A DNA stretch of 57,107 nucleotides. Origin: an uncultured Verrucomicrobiota bacterium (GTDB lineage Bacteria; Verrucomicrobiota; Verrucomicrobiia; Limisphaerales; Palsa-1400). Position numbers and translations under genes: made by a program. This document shows, piece by piece, positions 1 to 9,385 of this stretch. The stretch is taken from contig CAZLEE010000002.1 in the NCBI GenBank assembly GCA_964558455.1, positions 1 through 57,107 on the forward strand, read 5' to 3'. The first letter of the stretch is position 1; each line of letters starts with the position of its first letter. The notes beneath the pieces are model-generated. The model saw nothing but the letters and a program-made list of their open reading frames with translations. It was not told where the DNA came from and did not search any database.

Positions 1-74
1 AAACCGATTTTCCCCCTTTTACCCATTAAAAACGTCGAGGAACCAGAAATACTGACTTTTCAAACAGGCTCTAA
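1..74. mobile_element. Probable terminal segment of an IS element (IS1182/IS5-like end) followed by a TAA/CTAA target
   Basis: The sequence ...ACTTTTCAAACAGGCTC|TAA (about 55-74) resembles recalled IS1182/IS5-type ends (reverse complement GAGCCTGTTTGAAAAGT). Glycosidase-like coding (LRQFVVHCKANHQKAGIY) starts exactly here, and the same frame has a stop at 53-55. No transposase is visible in the window. Confidence 0.4.
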
Positions 75-1078
75 GACAATTTGTGGTTCACTGCAAGGCC
101 AACCATCAGAAGGCCGGCATTTATTTCACGCCATTCACTAATTTTCAGGGACGGGAGGATGCCGTGGTCGAAGGCAGCCATTACCGCTACAAGGATATTT
201 ACCTGTATGCCAACGGGGAAAAACAGCGCATCGCCGGAGGAGTGGCGCTTGATCCGACCCATCCCGGAACCAGGGAACGAATCAAGTATATTATCAGGCG
301 GTTCAAGAAATTCGGTTTCCAATACGTCAAGGCGGATTTCATGGTGCAAGGCGCGCTGGAAGGAGATCATTTCCATGATCCCCATGTCACAACCGGCCTG
401 CAAGCCTACAACGCGGGCATGAAATTTCTGGAAGACACTATGGGCGCGAAACTGTATTTGAACCTCGCCATTTCGCCGTTGTTCCCGTCGCAATACGCCG
501 ATTCCAGGCGCATCGCCTGCGATGCCTGGGGGGATATTGGCAAGGTGGAATACACGCTCAACGCGCTGACATACGGCTGGTGGCTCGGCTCTGTCTATGA
601 CTACAACGATCCAGACCATGTGGTGTTGGGGGGGTATAGCGACGGCGAAAATCGGGCGCGTGTCACATCGGCCGTCATAACCGGACTATTTACATCAGGC
701 GATGATTTCAGCAAAGCCGGTGACCCGGAGGGCAAGGAGAAGGCGCGCCGGTATTTGACCAATGCAGACATTGACGCGCTGGGGCGAATCCACAAATCAT
801 TTCGTCCGGTGGAAGGCAACACGGCCAATCGCGCCTCTGACATGTTTGTCTATGAAGACCCCAAATGCTTTTATCTGGCCGTGTTTAACTATTCGCAAAC
901 CGAAGCGAATGTGACCGTGTCCTTTGATCGAATCGGCCTGCGAACAGGCGGCCCGCTCTACGCAAGGGAATTGTGGAGCGGCCAGACTGGGAAGTTTTCT
1001 TCTCCCATGGCAGTCCACCTCCCGCCCGCCGATGTTCTGGTGTATCAATTTTTCAAGGACGGGCAAAAACCAAGGTGA
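71..1078 (+). pseudogene. 5'-truncated glycoside hydrolase, GH27/GH36 (alpha-galactosidase-like) catalytic and C-terminal beta domains
   Basis: YVKADF (KxD nucleophile motif), RRIACD (acid/base), YNDPDH and a C-terminal beta-sandwich (YLAVFN...RELWSG). The ORF begins mid-barrel, with no N-terminal region or signal peptide. Confidence 0.7.
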
Positions 1079-1083
1079 CGGAG

Positions 1084-1971
1084 CTATCCCTTATGCAGCA
1101 GCCGGTATTCGTTGGGGGAAATGCTGTTCAGAGCCTTGAAAATACGCGAAAAATAGAACGGGTCCTCGTAGCCCATGGCAGCCGCAACCTCCTTGACGTT
1201 CAGGTCCGTATTGTCCAGCAACTGGCAGGCCTGATGCATACGGAGACGGATGAAATAGTCAATCGGAGCATAGCCCGTCTGGCGTTTGAACAAGGCGCTG
1301 TAATGAGACGAAGAGAGGTTGGCCAGCACGGCAAGACGGGAAACCTTTAACGGCTGATTCAAGTGCGTCTTCATGAAAGCGATGCTCTGCGCCATTTTCT
1401 GCCTGGGTTCCGGATCACCCTGCCACTTTTGATGCTGATGCCAGATCATCAATCCGGTTAAATGGGTCAAAGTCCCTGAAGCATAAAGCAAATGGGCTGG
1501 CGTGCAGCCATGCTCCAGAATGGTGATCGTCTCTTCGAACAACGCAACCAACTGGGAATCCTGTCCCAAAAAAAGCAATGGCCGCCCACCACCCCCGCCC
1601 AATTCGTCCAGTAACAACTTTACGCTCGTGCCAACGACATGCACCCAAAAGATGGACCAGGGCATCTTCCCGTCCGCACCGTAGGCATGGCCCGCATTGG
1701 GCGGAATGATTAACAGTTCGCCGGGCTTCACCAAATATCTCTGCCCGGCCAAGTCGCACCAGCCAAAGCCACGGATGCAATAAATAAAAATCATCTGGCT
1801 CACTCCGAGGGGGCGTTCGCGCAAATGCCCCGTGGCTTTGGGGAAGTAGCCCGCGTCCGTCGGCAACAGATCGCGCAACAATGGATTTCGTAATGCATTA
1901 ACCACAATCCACTTGGGCAGCACGACGATTCGCTGGCCGGGAAAACCTTCGCCTTTTTGAGACCGGGACAT
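1084..1971 (-). CDS. AraC family transcriptional regulator (cupin sensor plus HTH)
   Basis: N-terminal EGFPGQRIVVLP and cupin segment (LLIIPPNAGHAYGAD...WSIFWVH). C-terminal AraC double HTH (LSSSHYSALFKRQTG...VKEVAAAMGYEDPFYFSRIFK). Confidence 0.95.
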   Translation of the reverse strand: MSRSQKGEGFPGQRIVVLPKWIVVNALRNPLLRDLLPTDAGYFPKATGHLRERPLGVSQMIFIYCIRGFGWCDLAGQRYLVKPGELLIIPPNAGHAYGADGKMPWSIFWVHVVGTSVKLLLDELGGGGGRPLLFLGQDSQLVALFEETITILEHGCTPAHLLYASGTLTHLTGLMIWHQHQKWQGDPEPRQKMAQSIAFMKTHLNQPLKVSRLAVLANLSSSHYSALFKRQTGYAPIDYFIRLRMHQACQLLDNTDLNVKEVAAAMGYEDPFYFSRIFKALNSISPNEYRLLHKG

Positions 1972-2017
1972 GGCGGATATTCAACCATTTTAGCAGGCAA
2001 ACGCCACACAAATCAGA

Positions 2018-2077
2018 GAATTATCCATGCAAATCATTGTATCGTCTATTCCTCAAAACAACGGAGGGCGGTAGTCT
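2018..2077 (+). promoter_or_regulatory. Candidate AraC-activated promoter: two direct-repeat half-sites and a -10 box
   Basis: GAATTATCCAT (2018-2028) and GTATCGTCTAT (2039-2049) start 21 bp apart. The second abuts a poor -35, and TAGTCT lies at 2072-2077, upstream of the 2158 gene. Confidence 0.4.
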
Positions 2078-2157
2078 CGCGAATGAAATCCCAACTATAA
2101 GCGGAAAATTGTGTCGAGTTGGTCAAGAACCAGGAAATCGGTCAACTTTTAAAAAGT

Positions 2158-5100
2158 ATGAAAACTCCGTTTCTCACCCCAATAAGTAAACTTTCACTCG
2201 CCTTGGCTGTTGGGCTGTCAGCAATTTACTCCGCTTCAGCGGCCACCGAACATTGGCTTGGCGCGGGCGCCGACTCAAACTGGACCACTTCCGCCAACTG
2301 GTCCTCCCCGCAACAATCGTATTACAACGATGTGGATTTTACCGATTACGGAGGGAACACCAGCTTGGGCGTCTTCTCAGTGGACAACATATGCAACGCC
2401 TCCACCGGCGTCGCCCAGATGCCCATCTACCAGCTCCGCATGTATCCGACCAACCGCAATTTCACCACTCTCATCAATCCGGGTGTGAAATTATACACCG
2501 GCGCGGGCGCGGGAGACCTTTACGTGGGTGCTGACACAATAACAGCCGCCCGTGGCACTCCTAACATTCAGGAAACCATCACTTTTACGGGAGCGGGAGG
2601 CACACTGGCTCTTAACGGCACCCTGCACGTCGGCCAGGGTTTGGGAACGAGCGCAACAAACACCGTTCCTCCGAGCACCCAATATGTGACGCTGAACATG
2701 TCCGGCCTGGATAATTTTATAATGATGACCAACTACAATGGCGGCAACGCCTCCACTGGCAGCACTGCCGCTTCGCGATTCCTGCTCTGCGGTCAGATTC
2801 AGCACTATAGTCAGGGTGCCATCTACCTGGCCAAAACCAATAACATCCAACTGGGCAACGACATGGAAATTGGCGCGATGAGCGTTTACAGCAACTCCCT
2901 GCCCTGCCCGCTTTACCTTGGCATGCAAAATTCGATCTTGGTGGGTTGTGCAGGGGCGGCCAATGGTTTGGTGACGGTGGGATCGCGAGGCAACACCAAC
3001 GCTTCCCTGACCTTCAACCCCGCGTTCCTTGGCGGAGCCACTCCACCGACCGCCACTTTTGCCAGCCCGGCAAGCGTCAATGGTGGGTTGGTAAACACTT
3101 TTTACGTCTGCCTCGCCACAGGTGGCGTGATTCCGGCCTATGCCTATGCTGATTTTACCGGGGGCAGTGTGTCGATCATGACCTCCACCTTGCAACTGGG
3201 CACCGCCGGCACCAACGGCGTTGGCGCCTTGGGCGTGCTCACGGCCGACAACGGAATTATTAACGCCAACAACGTTCTGGTTGGCGACCAGACGGTCAGC
3301 TTTGCCAGCTCGGGCGCGGTGGGAGTCGGCATTATCAACCTCAACACCAATTCCACTTATGGCACAAACGCGACGCTGCTGGTGAACAACACGTTAACGT
3401 TGGGCGCTGTTACAGGCACCCCCAATGCGGGGACCGCCGGAACAATCAACATCAATGGCGGCGTGCTGGTGGCCAGCACCATCACCAATGGCGGCGCAGG
3501 CAGCACAGTCAACATCACCAACGGAACATGGGGCGGGGTCGCTACTGTCAGCTTGGGTGTGACTAATATGACAGTGACCACATTCAACGCGGGCGGCGTG
3601 ACCAACTTGATCAACATCACCGCAATCACGCCGTTTCTGGGCGGTTCGTACCCGGTGCGTTTCCACCTTATCTCAGCCCAGAATATGACCGGCGCTTCAA
3701 CCCTTGGAATCGCCTCCCTGCCGGCCAGTTTCGATCCCTCTCATCTTTACGCCGGGTATCTCGACTACACCAACACCCCGGGATTGGTTGATTTTGTGCT
3801 CACGGCCGGCCCGTCATCGGCGCGTTCGCTGACGTGGAGCGGCCTGAATGCAGGCAGCCCTGATGGAAATTGGGATGTGGGACAGACGATTGACTGGCTG
3901 ACCAACGGCGTCCCTACGACCTTCAATCAATTGGATCAGGTGACGTTTAACGACGTGTTCTCGCCTGCGCAAACCAACATCACGCTGACGACGATGCTGA
4001 CGCCCTACAGCATCACGGTAAGTAATGTCGCGTCGCTTTACACCATTAGCGGTTCCGGGGGGCTTGGCACGGGCGAGATTGGCGGAACCCCTGGTTTGAT
4101 CAAACAAGGCACAGGCACACTGATTCTTGACAATGCCTCGCCGAATACTTTTACGGGCGGGATCACGATTAGCGGCGGAATGTTGCAAGTGGGCACCAAT
4201 GACACCGGCGGAAGTCTGCCATCCGGGGTATCAATCGTGAACAACTCGGTTCTCGCTTTTGACCGGACGGACAACGTCATAGTTGGCAATGTCATTTCAG
4301 GCGCCGGGACTGTGGTTTCCGCAGGAGGCAGCACACTGCAGCTTGACGCAGCCAATACATTCACAGGCAACGCCCTTGCGACCAACAGCAGCACGCTGCA
4401 AGGCGGTCTGGCCGGCTCGTTTGGCACCGGCGGCGGCACGGTGATTATTGCCAACGGTTCGACATTTGATCCGAACGGGGCCGGCACCACCAAGGCCGTT
4501 ACCGTATCGGGAACCGGCGTGAATGGCAATGGGGCCATCGTCAATAGCGGCGGCGCGATTTATGATTCCTCCGGCGGTCTGACCCCGACACTTACCTTGA
4601 CGGGGAATACGACCTTGAGTTATCCGACGCGGTGGGACTTGGGCGGGAGCGGAAGCACCACGGCAACCTTGAGCACCGGTGGTAATCCTTACAACCTGAC
4701 GCTGAACTCGACTGCGGGCTATCATGAATGGCGCAACGTGGTATGCGACACGAAACTGGGAGACATCTATCTTGCTGCCGGGACGTTGGGTTACGTCGGC
4801 TCGACTTCGGCGGGCAATCCAACCAACTCGCTCGTCATATCCAACGGAACCGTGCTGCAATTTTACGCTGGAACGGTTAATGTGACGGTTAACAAACAAG
4901 TGGTTCTGCAGGATGGAGGAACCTTGGAAAACTCAAGCGGGACCAACACCATATCCGGCCCCATGGTGATTACCAACGTCAACAATACCCAATATTGCAC
5001 CTTTAACATTGGCGGGACTTCCCTGACTCTTTCCAGCAATGTCAGCGGCAACGGCCTTCTCTATTTGGAAGGCGGCAACGGCACGCTGATCGTAAACGGC

Positions 5101-7431
5101 AATGGGTCGGCCTTCACCGGCGGGGTTGCAGCCTACCAGGGAACGCTCGTTCTCAACGGCATCATCGGCTCCGGCATCACCAATCAATCCGGCAACGTCC
5201 TTGAAGGTGCCGGCACAAACTCTGGCACAATGGACGTTTCCGGCGCCCTAACGCCGGGAACAGCGGTTACGGCCGGCACTTTGACTGTCGGAGGATTGGT
5301 CTTGGAAGGCAGCGCCCTGTTGACCAACAATCTGACCTCGGCGACGACGGTCGGCCAGGGCGTCAACTCGTTCATCCAGGTCAACGGCAACCTCACGCTC
5401 AACAACAACACCATTCACATCAATCCGCTCGCGCCTCTGGCCAACAACAGCACCTACACGTTGCTGGCCTGCACCGGCACTGTCACTGGTGCTTTTGCCG
5501 GAGCGGCCACGGTTCAGGCCAGCCAGTACACGCTGACTCTTAACCAAGTCACCACCTCCTCCAACACGCTGATCCAGCTCACCGTCACCGGCGGCACCCC
5601 CTCGCTGTTGGTCTGGAACAATGCCGCCGGCAATAGTGAATGGGATGTGGATCAATCCCAGAACTGGTCGAATGTGACCACCCATGCGGCGGCGGACTAC
5701 TTCTATGCGTTTGACCCGGTGGTTCTGAACGACTCCATCACCAGCTCGGCCAACCCCAGCACCAGCATCGATATTGCCAGCGGCGTCATTGTGATACCGG
5801 CCGTGATGACGAATAGTTCCACCACCAATAATTACGCCATCAGCGGCGCGGGCAAAATCAGCGGTTCGGCGAGCATCGTCAAGTTGGGCAGCAGCACGCT
5901 CACGATCAATACAACCAATGACTTTACCGGCAGCGTTGTGATCGCGGGTGGCACTCTGCTCACCGGTCCCAACGCCTCCCTGGGCGGCTCTTCCGGCACG
6001 GTCTATGTCACCAATGGGGCAACGCTGGATTTGGGCTACAGTCTGGGATCAAAGCCTCTGGTGATTTCCGGCGCGGGCGTCAACGGGGCCGGAGCCTTGG
6101 TCAACTCAATTGGTTCGCCCATCTATGACAGTCCGGGCGGTCTGGTCAACATAACGCTGGAAACCAATGCCACCATCGGCGGTTCAAACCGGGTTGACTT
6201 CGGGCAAATCAGCCCCGCTTCGGGCGTCTTGAACAGCGGCGGCAGCAACTACAGCCTGACCGTTGTTGGCACGGCCTACCGCGAGTGGGACAATGTCACG
6301 TTTGACGCGAATTTTGGCAATATCAACGTGATGACAACCAATGGCGGCGCGGTCGGCATCAAAGGCCTCACCACCTTGGGCAATGCCACCAACACCCTGG
6401 CCGTGTTCAGCAACGCGATTGTTGAACTGTATGAGGATTCCGGCAACACGGCCAACAACGTGATCCTCAACAAGAAGGTCCTGCTCTACGGCGGCTCGGC
6501 CTTCGAGAGCGGCGGCGGCACGAACGTCATTCTTTCGCCAATGACCTTGGGAATCGCCAGCGGAGACAACTGCACCAATAACATCGCCGGCGTTTCTTTG
6601 ACCGTCAGCAACGTCATCAGCGGTCCGGGCAACCTGATCAAGATCGGCTCAAGCCCGCTGATTCTGGCGGGAGCCAATACTTACACCGGCAGCACGGTAG
6701 TCACCACAGGCCCCTTGAACCTCATCGGCACCGGTTCGATTTCCGGCAGCGCCAACATCAGCCTTGCCTCCGGCCAGGTGCTCAGCGTCAGCGGACGAAC
6801 CGACCAGACACTGACTTTGGCGTCGGGTCAGACCTTGCAGGGTACCGGAACGGTTAACGGCGCTTTGCAGGCAACTTCCGGTTCAACTGTGGCTCCGGGT
6901 GTCAATGGCACCGGCACCCTTACCGTGACCAACAATGTGGTTCTGGGAGGCGCCACAACCATGGGAGTCGGCGTCGGGAGCAACAACGTGTTGAGCGGAT
7001 TGCTCATCACCTACGGAGGAACGCTCAATCTCTCGTTCGTGCCGGGATCGCTCGCGGCCGGCAACAGCTTCACGCTATTCAAGACTTCCCCGGCGGCGAA
7101 TAATTTTGCGGGCAGCTTTGCCAGCATCACGCCGGCAACGCCAGGCCCCGGGCTGGCATGGAACACCTCCCAACTCGCCACCAGCGGCATTCTGACCGTG
7201 ACGAACGCCAAAATCTCTTTTGGCAGCTTCTTGGTCGCCGGAACGAATCTGACCCTGACTGGGACAGGCGGGACGCCAAGCGGACCGTATTACATTCTTG
7301 CTTCGACGAATGTTCTCGGACCTTGGATGACGAATGGAACTGGCGCGTTTGACGCCAGCGGTAACTTTGCATTCACCAACGGCATTAATACGAATAACGC
7401 GTCCCTGTTCTATATTCTGGGAGCGCCGTAA
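2158..7431 (+). CDS. Large secreted autotransporter-associated beta-strand repeat (PATR) protein, putative adhesin or surface protein, no beta-barrel
   Basis: Signal peptide (MKTPFL...SASA|A). PATR repeats such as LIKQGTGTLILDNASPNTFTGGITISGGMLQVG, IVKLGSSTLTINTTNDFTGSVVIAGGTL and LIKIGSSPLILAGANTYTGSTVVTTG. Rich in G/T/N/S. Ends in a short beta domain. The ATG at 2158 is preferred over the ORF-track start at 2119. Confidence 0.9.
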   Translation: MKTPFLTPISKLSLALAVGLSAIYSASAATEHWLGAGADSNWTTSANWSSPQQSYYNDVDFTDYGGNTSLGVFSVDNICNASTGVAQMPIYQLRMYPTNRNFTTLINPGVKLYTGAGAGDLYVGADTITAARGTPNIQETITFTGAGGTLALNGTLHVGQGLGTSATNTVPPSTQYVTLNMSGLDNFIMMTNYNGGNASTGSTAASRFLLCGQIQHYSQGAIYLAKTNNIQLGNDMEIGAMSVYSNSLPCPLYLGMQNSILVGCAGAANGLVTVGSRGNTNASLTFNPAFLGGATPPTATFASPASVNGGLVNTFYVCLATGGVIPAYAYADFTGGSVSIMTSTLQLGTAGTNGVGALGVLTADNGIINANNVLVGDQTVSFASSGAVGVGIINLNTNSTYGTNATLLVNNTLTLGAVTGTPNAGTAGTININGGVLVASTITNGGAGSTVNITNGTWGGVATVSLGVTNMTVTTFNAGGVTNLINITAITPFLGGSYPVRFHLISAQNMTGASTLGIASLPASFDPSHLYAGYLDYTNTPGLVDFVLTAGPSSARSLTWSGLNAGSPDGNWDVGQTIDWLTNGVPTTFNQLDQVTFNDVFSPAQTNITLTTMLTPYSITVSNVASLYTISGSGGLGTGEIGGTPGLIKQGTGTLILDNASPNTFTGGITISGGMLQVGTNDTGGSLPSGVSIVNNSVLAFDRTDNVIVGNVISGAGTVVSAGGSTLQLDAANTFTGNALATNSSTLQGGLAGSFGTGGGTVIIANGSTFDPNGAGTTKAVTVSGTGVNGNGAIVNSGGAIYDSSGGLTPTLTLTGNTTLSYPTRWDLGGSGSTTATLSTGGNPYNLTLNSTAGYHEWRNVVCDTKLGDIYLAAGTLGYVGSTSAGNPTNSLVISNGTVLQFYAGTVNVTVNKQVVLQDGGTLENSSGTNTISGPMVITNVNNTQYCTFNIGGTSLTLSSNVSGNGLLYLEGGNGTLIVNGNGSAFTGGVAAYQGTLVLNGIIGSGITNQSGNVLEGAGTNSGTMDVSGALTPGTAVTAGTLTVGGLVLEGSALLTNNLTSATTVGQGVNSFIQVNGNLTLNNNTIHINPLAPLANNSTYTLLACTGTVTGAFAGAATVQASQYTLTLNQVTTSSNTLIQLTVTGGTPSLLVWNNAAGNSEWDVDQSQNWSNVTTHAAADYFYAFDPVVLNDSITSSANPSTSIDIASGVIVIPAVMTNSSTTNNYAISGAGKISGSASIVKLGSSTLTINTTNDFTGSVVIAGGTLLTGPNASLGGSSGTVYVTNGATLDLGYSLGSKPLVISGAGVNGAGALVNSIGSPIYDSPGGLVNITLETNATIGGSNRVDFGQISPASGVLNSGGSNYSLTVVGTAYREWDNVTFDANFGNINVMTTNGGAVGIKGLTTLGNATNTLAVFSNAIVELYEDSGNTANNVILNKKVLLYGGSAFESGGGTNVILSPMTLGIASGDNCTNNIAGVSLTVSNVISGPGNLIKIGSSPLILAGANTYTGSTVVTTGPLNLIGTGSISGSANISLASGQVLSVSGRTDQTLTLASGQTLQGTGTVNGALQATSGSTVAPGVNGTGTLTVTNNVVLGGATTMGVGVGSNNVLSGLLITYGGTLNLSFVPGSLAAGNSFTLFKTSPAANNFAGSFASITPATPGPGLAWNTSQLATSGILTVTNAKISFGSFLVAGTNLTLTGTGGTPSGPYYILASTNVLGPWMTNGTGAFDASGNFAFTNGINTNNASLFYILGAP

Positions 7432-7473
7432 GTCCTGAGAATGAAATTCTCATCGTTCGTCAAAGGGGTTGAC

Positions 7474-7508
7474 AAGTCGCCGGGGCCGGCAGGGTCGCCC
7501 GGCGGCTT
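7474..7508 (+). other. GC-rich intergenic hairpin
   Basis: AAGTCGCCGGG pairs with CCCGGCGGCTT (11 bp including one G-U). There is no clean U-tract, so it may be a weak terminator or an mRNA-stabilising hairpin. Confidence 0.5.
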
Positions 7509-7610
7509 GGGTGTGTTCGTATGACTGCCGGACCCCTTGCCAAGCGATTGATTCGGGTGGATGTTGAGAAACAGAGGAGGAGCGATTGCCGGCAATGCCG
7601 GCGCATAGTT

Positions 7611-8462
7611 ATGAAGATGTCCATGGCAACTTATAGAAAATACAGCCGGCGGCCGGCTGGGTTTACATTGATTGAATTGTTGGTGGTCATTGCCATCATC
7701 GCCATTCTGGCGGCAATGCTTCTCCCCGCGCTGTCCAAGGCCAAGATGCAGGCGCAACAGACCTCCTGCGCCAATAATGTCAAACAGTTGACGACGGGTT
7801 GCCTGATGTACATGAATGAAACCGGCGGCATGGTGGATCATCCCATTGTGGGCGACACCAATTCTGATTGGATGGGGGTTATAAACCCGTACATCGCCGC
7901 CGCGCAAGTTGCTTCCTCCCCGGTGTCCTTTTGTCCGGTGGCCCCGTTGACCAAGCAACTGCCGACAACATTGGATAATCCACCCGGCACCTGTGTCACG
8001 CCGTGGGTGTGGCAGGCGAACACGACCAACATCGCCGGAAGTTACGGGTTTAATGAGTGGCTGTATTCGGATGCCGGCAACGGCGGGGCGGTGGATCCCG
8101 GTCAACCCTGGCAGTTTGGCAAGCAAGCGAATATTAAATACCCCGCGCAGACTCCGGTCTTCGTGGATTGTGTGTGGATCAATCTGTTACCAATGTTTTC
8201 CCCGGAAGACCCGGTACCCACGATCCCGGTGAGCTTGGAGAGCCCTGGGTATGTAAATTTTGCCGGGCTTGGGCGTTGCTGCATTCCTCGTCATGCGTTT
8301 GGCAACCCTGCAAATGCGCCCATGGTAAGCCACGGCCAGGTATTGCCCGGCGCCATCAACATGGGACTCGTCGATGGCCATGTCGAAATGGCGAAACTGC
8401 AAATGCTTTGGGGCTACATGTGGAATATTAATTGGCCGATGAACAATCAGCGTCCGCCGTGA
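7611..8462 (+). CDS. Prepilin-type N-terminal cleavage/methylation protein (DUF1559 / H-X9-DG-like family)
   Basis: RRPAG|[28 protein letters not shown], then [13 protein letters not shown] and C-terminal RH...[13 protein letters not shown]. The start could be 7611 or 7623. Confidence 0.92.
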   Translation: MKMSMATYRKYSRRPAGFTLIELLVVIAIIAILAAMLLPALSKAKMQAQQTSCANNVKQLTTGCLMYMNETGGMVDHPIVGDTNSDWMGVINPYIAAAQVASSPVSFCPVAPLTKQLPTTLDNPPGTCVTPWVWQANTTNIAGSYGFNEWLYSDAGNGGAVDPGQPWQFGKQANIKYPAQTPVFVDCVWINLLPMFSPEDPVPTIPVSLESPGYVNFAGLGRCCIPRHAFGNPANAPMVSHGQVLPGAINMGLVDGHVEMAKLQMLWGYMWNINWPMNNQRPP

Positions 8463-8554
8463 GTTGGCCGCCGGGACTTTTGCCCCTTGCTTTTGTGTTT
8501 GATTCGTGCCTCCTTGTCACCCTTCGATTTGGCCCGCTTTGGATGTGTTGAATC

Positions 8555-9358
8555 ATGAACAAAAGTCGCAACAAACTCATCTTTCTGGTTCCACTTTTTG
8601 TTGCCACCCTCACCCTCACCCTTTTCATTCTGGCGGTGGTGTATGGATGGATGGGTTCTCCGCAAGGAGGAGTGGGAAGGCGTTTTTGCGAAGCCCGCGA
8701 CGGCCTGATCAAGCAACCGGTAAACACATGGAGCAACTTTGGTTTTATCGCCGCCGGTCTGGCGATTGCCTGGCTGATGTGGAAGGGCGCTTTCGCCAAA
8801 AATAAAAATGCCTTCACTCAAACCACGTTTACGCCGATATTTTTTCCCTCGCTGGTGGTGCTGCTCGGGCCGTGTTCCATGGCCATGCATGCCACGCTCA
8901 CCCGCATCGGCGGCGCTTTCGACCTGCTGTCCATGTTTCTGTTGTGCGCTTTTTTGATGGCCTACTCCCTGCAAAGGTTTTTCGGCTGGAAGCCGCTCCA
9001 TTTTCTGATCGTGTTCGCATTGGTCACGGCAGTCTGCGAATGGGCGGGTACTTTCCGCCATCCTTTTCCCGGGATGTCCGGGGACACGGCTTTCATTTTC
9101 TTTATTGTTGTGGCGGTTGTTTTTGAAGCGCTCAACCGTTGCGTCCGAAAATTACATCTTGAAATAAAATGGGGCGGGTATGGTCTGATCTCCTTCCTCA
9201 TCGCGCTGCTTTTTTGGAACTTATGGCTAACCAACTGCCCGCTTTGTCACCCTCATTCGCTGATGCAGGGTCATGCCGTCTGGCATTTGCTCGATGCGCT
9301 TTCCCTGTTTTTTCTCTTCCGGTTTTATGTCAGCGAACGCCAAGCCGGAAGCGCGTGA
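8555..9358 (+). CDS. Ceramidase-domain (CREST superfamily) multi-pass membrane hydrolase
   Basis: FCEARDGLIKQPVNTWSN, SMAMH (SxxxH), DLLSM and GHAVWH (HxxWH), with about 7 hydrophobic segments. Confidence 0.85.
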   Translation: MNKSRNKLIFLVPLFVATLTLTLFILAVVYGWMGSPQGGVGRRFCEARDGLIKQPVNTWSNFGFIAAGLAIAWLMWKGAFAKNKNAFTQTTFTPIFFPSLVVLLGPCSMAMHATLTRIGGAFDLLSMFLLCAFLMAYSLQRFFGWKPLHFLIVFALVTAVCEWAGTFRHPFPGMSGDTAFIFFIVVAVVFEALNRCVRKLHLEIKWGGYGLISFLIALLFWNLWLTNCPLCHPHSLMQGHAVWHLLDALSLFFLFRFYVSERQAGSA

Positions 9359-9385
9359 AAAAGGGCCTGAATCGCCCGTCTCACT

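Noticed and set aside
2158-7431. Classical type V autotransporter
   Set aside because: There is no C-terminal 12-strand beta-barrel or terminal aromatic residue, only passenger-type repeats.
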